Assembly: GCF_001194135.2 (NCBI RefSeq)
Contig: NC_068982.1
Span: forward strand, 102,292,231 to 102,330,352
Length of the DNA: 38,122 nucleotides
Direction of reading: 5' to 3'
Source of the DNA: Octopus bimaculoides
Taxonomy: Eukaryota
The position numbers and the translations under genes were made by a program. Numbering within the stretch: the stretch's first letter is position 1; every line of letters begins with the position of its first letter. Positions 35,102 to 38,122 of this stretch are shown here, piece after piece. Under the pieces are notes generated by a model. It saw only the letters and a program-made list of their open reading frames with translations. It was not told where the DNA came from and ran no database searches.

Positions 35102-35679
35102 TCGTTGACAGCTGCACACATGAACAATATTTATAGTGTTTTTAACTCAGTACGTCCATAACAGATGTTATTTCCAAACGGACACTGGCCTATCACTGGT
35201 GTACGTATATACCTTAAGTATGTCAAGTATTTAGTATGTTAATATTTACTAACGTGAGTATTTCACGACATTAATTGTAAACCTATTGGGTTATTTCTGA
35301 AAACTTTATCCAAAAATCCTGAAAGCATAGCTTATGTTGTGTCTGTATCAAAAGATAGTCACTCATCTGCTACTCATTGAAAAGTGAAAGAAATTGGAAT
35401 ACGAAGATTACTTAACGCACTTTATATACTTTATGTACAATTTTATAGACTTAATACAAAGCACTCATAAAATAACTATTCACTCATATTTTTCCATTTT
35501 TCCCATAGACAAAAACATATCCTGCACTTATGATACACACTTTAGTTAAATTGCATATATCTACCACGTAAATAAGCGTGAATATTTCACGGAAATGCAC
35601 TTATTCGCATGCATTAAGTGATAGGTCATATAAAAAACTTAATTCAATTCTTTAAAAAAATACTCTTTTCACTATCCAA

Positions 35680-36200
35680 TCACCACCACCACCTCCATCT
35701 CCACCACCACCATCATCACCATCATCATCTTTCTCTCCCCTTTCTCTTACCTTCCCATCTCTTTACCAGCCTCTCTCTCTTACCCTCCCCATCTCCCTCC
35801 CTCCTCTATCTCCCCTCCTCCTCTATCTCCCTCCCTCCCCTATCTCCCTCCCTCCCCTCTCTCCCCCTCTCTCTTTGTCATTCTTTAACCTCACCACCAG
35901 AACATCACTCTGCTAAAATAATATTTTTTAACTCTCCTCTACCTTCAACTAACATTTTAACCAGGTAATTATTACCTCACGCCATGAATGCTTCTCTCTC
36001 CCTCTTTTGCTTTCGCTCTCTGTCTGTCTCACTCTTCGCCTTATCCTCTTTTTCTCTCTCCTTTTTCTATCTCCGCTCTTCCGTTTCAACTAATCATGTG
36101 AAAGTGTTACAATTACATTCCGTCTCCCTCACGTCATGGACGCTTCTCCCTCCCTCTTTCTCTCTCTTTTTCTTTTCTTTCTTCCTCTTTTTCTCTAATC
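35680..36200. repeat. (CAC/CAT)n plus a CT-rich polypyrimidine low-complexity tract
   Basis: Read directly from the sequence. It produces the poly-His and Pro/Leu/Ser pseudo-ORFs. Confidence 0.9.
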
Positions 36201-36937
36201 TTGCGAAAGTGTTACAGACGGGCTAAGTAATGCAATGACAAGCATAATTATTATAAGATATTTATACATTTATATTTCTATAGGCGCACACACATACATA
36301 TTTATGTACATATATATATATAATACAAGTATGAATATTTGTATGTATACGCCCTTGCACATTATCTTTCATATTCATTTTCATTAATATTTTCAGTTTA
36401 TTTTCATTATCTTTTTTTCATTAATTTCTCATTCATTATCATTTTATTTTTTCTGAAAATCCTACTTTTCATGAGTTTAATAATTGAACTCATTCCATTG
36501 CGAAATCAATGTGGTCGAATAGAGAAAATTGCTTTTTGGCTGTATATTCATATACACTAGCAGTAAAGATGTATATGCTATAGTTATTTTGAAAATTGTA
36601 AAATCGCTGGAGATTTATAGAGAACCATAAAATACATAACTCCTATAGAAATACTATTTATTAAAACATTTAATTCTTTAGATGTTGTAAAAGTTTGTAT
36701 AGATAATATTTAATTTGCAGTACTTAGAAGACAATATCACAAGCTATAATGATGTTGTTTTCTATAAAGCTATCGTTCTTATTGAAAACTAGCCATATAT
36801 TATACCTTAACAGTTATCTAATATTTTTCTACTTGACGTACTAAATAGTCTTAACTACAGAACGTAATCAAAGTCATAATCTATCTATAAAATTATTCTA
36901 TTATTGCATGGCTACGTTGGTAATACTGTGCTTGTCT

Positions 36938-37528
36938 TAAGGCGGCGAACTTGCAGAAACGTCAGCACACCGGGCAAAATGCTTAGCGGTATTTCGTCTG
37001 CCGCTACGTTCTGAGTTCAAATTCCGCCGAGGTTGACTTTGCATTTCATCCTTTCAGGGTAAATAAATTAAGTACCAGTTACGCACTGGTTTCGATATAA
37101 TCGACTTAATCCGTTTGTCTGTCTTTGTCTGTCCCCTCTGTGTGTAGCCCCTTGTGGGCAGTAAAGAAATATGAAACGTTAGCACGCCGGGCGAAATGCT
37201 TAGCGGTATTTCGTCTGTCTTTACGTTCCGAGTTCCAATTCCGCCGAGGTTTACTTTGCATTTCATCCTTTCGGGATCGATAAATTAAGTACCAGTTACG
37301 CAGTGGGGTCGATGTAATCGACTTAATCTCTTTATCTGTCCTTGTTTGTCTCCTCTATGTCCCTTGTGGGCAATAAAGAAATAAGAAATGTTTGCACGCC
37401 GGGCGAAATGCTTAGTCGACTTTGTTTCATCCTTTCGGGATTGATAAATTAAGTATCAGTTGCGTAGTGGAGTCGATCTAATCCCCACAAAATTTCCGGC
37501 TTTATGCCTAGAGTACAAAAGAAATACT
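36938..37528 (+). mobile_element. Tandem trimeric family A SINE
   Basis: Unit 1 at 36938-37172 has the full head. Unit 2 at 37173-37384 and unit 3 at 37385-37528 both start at gaaa(c/t)gtt(a/t)gcacgccgggcg. Units 1 and 2 end in the same alternative tail (...cccttgtgggca(g/a)taaagaaata). Unit 3 ends in the standard tail. Confidence 0.88.
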
Positions 37529-37884
37529 ATGCTTGTCTTGCTTGTAACTTCATTTAACTTCTCTTAACTTCCCTTAATTTATTCAGTTACAGCTTTTCAT
37601 CTTCCTCCTTTATCTTCTGAACCGCCGACTAGCGGCCTTACCCTGTTATCTTACTATACTATATATTGTTAATTGCCTGACAAATATTAATACTCTTTAT
37701 TATATGCTTGCCCTCATATTAATGAAAAGATTTTATAAATAGATTTGAAATCTATGGATAGATCTGCGCTCACTGTAACACTGTATATTGTAACTGCCCC
37801 ACTAAGCTCTGGATTCTAAAACAAATAAAATAAATTAGTGAATAGATGCAGGAATGGATCAATGAATAAAAGCTTACTTCGTAG

Positions 37885-38010
37885 GTCTAATGTTCTGTGG
37901 TGGCCTCCGCAGTGTGTAGTTTCTTGGACAAGTATCTTACACTACACCTTTGAGTCGATGAATGCCTTTAGTGATATTCTGTAGATAGAAAAATATGGAA
38001 GACCGTAATA
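37885..38010 (+). mobile_element. Degenerate SINE (third family) fragment
   Basis: cttggacaagtatcttacactacacc...gatgaatgcctttagtgatattctgtagatagaaaaatatggaagaccg is similar to the reverse complement of about 17580-17680. Confidence 0.45.
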
Positions 38011-38122
38011 CACAAGTATATAACACAGAGAGATGCACGCACACACGCACATAAAGTCCAGCGGGCGCACACAGTCAAATATATATGTATGTGTATGTAT
38101 ATATATATATATATATATATAT

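Noticed and set aside
35618-36226. Poly-His and Pro/Leu/Ser-rich ORFs
   Set aside because: They are translations of (CAC)n and CT-rich simple repeats.

Overview
AT-rich, repeat-saturated eukaryotic DNA with (TA)n, (GATA)n, (TACA)n and (TAA)n microsatellites and five N gaps. The SINE types and microsatellites suggest a cephalopod (Octopus-like) genome; this is an inference. I found no host protein-coding exon that I can support, so the window is probably intergenic or deep intronic. It contains mostly decayed mobile elements: a Tx1/L1-type LINE fragment, five fragments of R4/Dong-type restriction-like-endonuclease (RLE) LINEs, an RNase H-bearing LINE fragment, two Penelope-like element (PLE) fragments, an internally deleted Gypsy LTR element with both LTRs, a mariner transposon, two MITE-like elements and more than a dozen tRNA-derived SINE copies. 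The most unusual locus is the minus-strand PLE at about 14010-15232. Its GIY-YIG endonuclease motifs are separated by about 130 codons of mostly open, Thr/Ser/Asn/Asp-rich sequence instead of about 10. Its 3' end folds into a type I hammerhead ribozyme with long stems and two core substitutions. All motif identifications were made by eye from manual translation and folding; no database searches were run.
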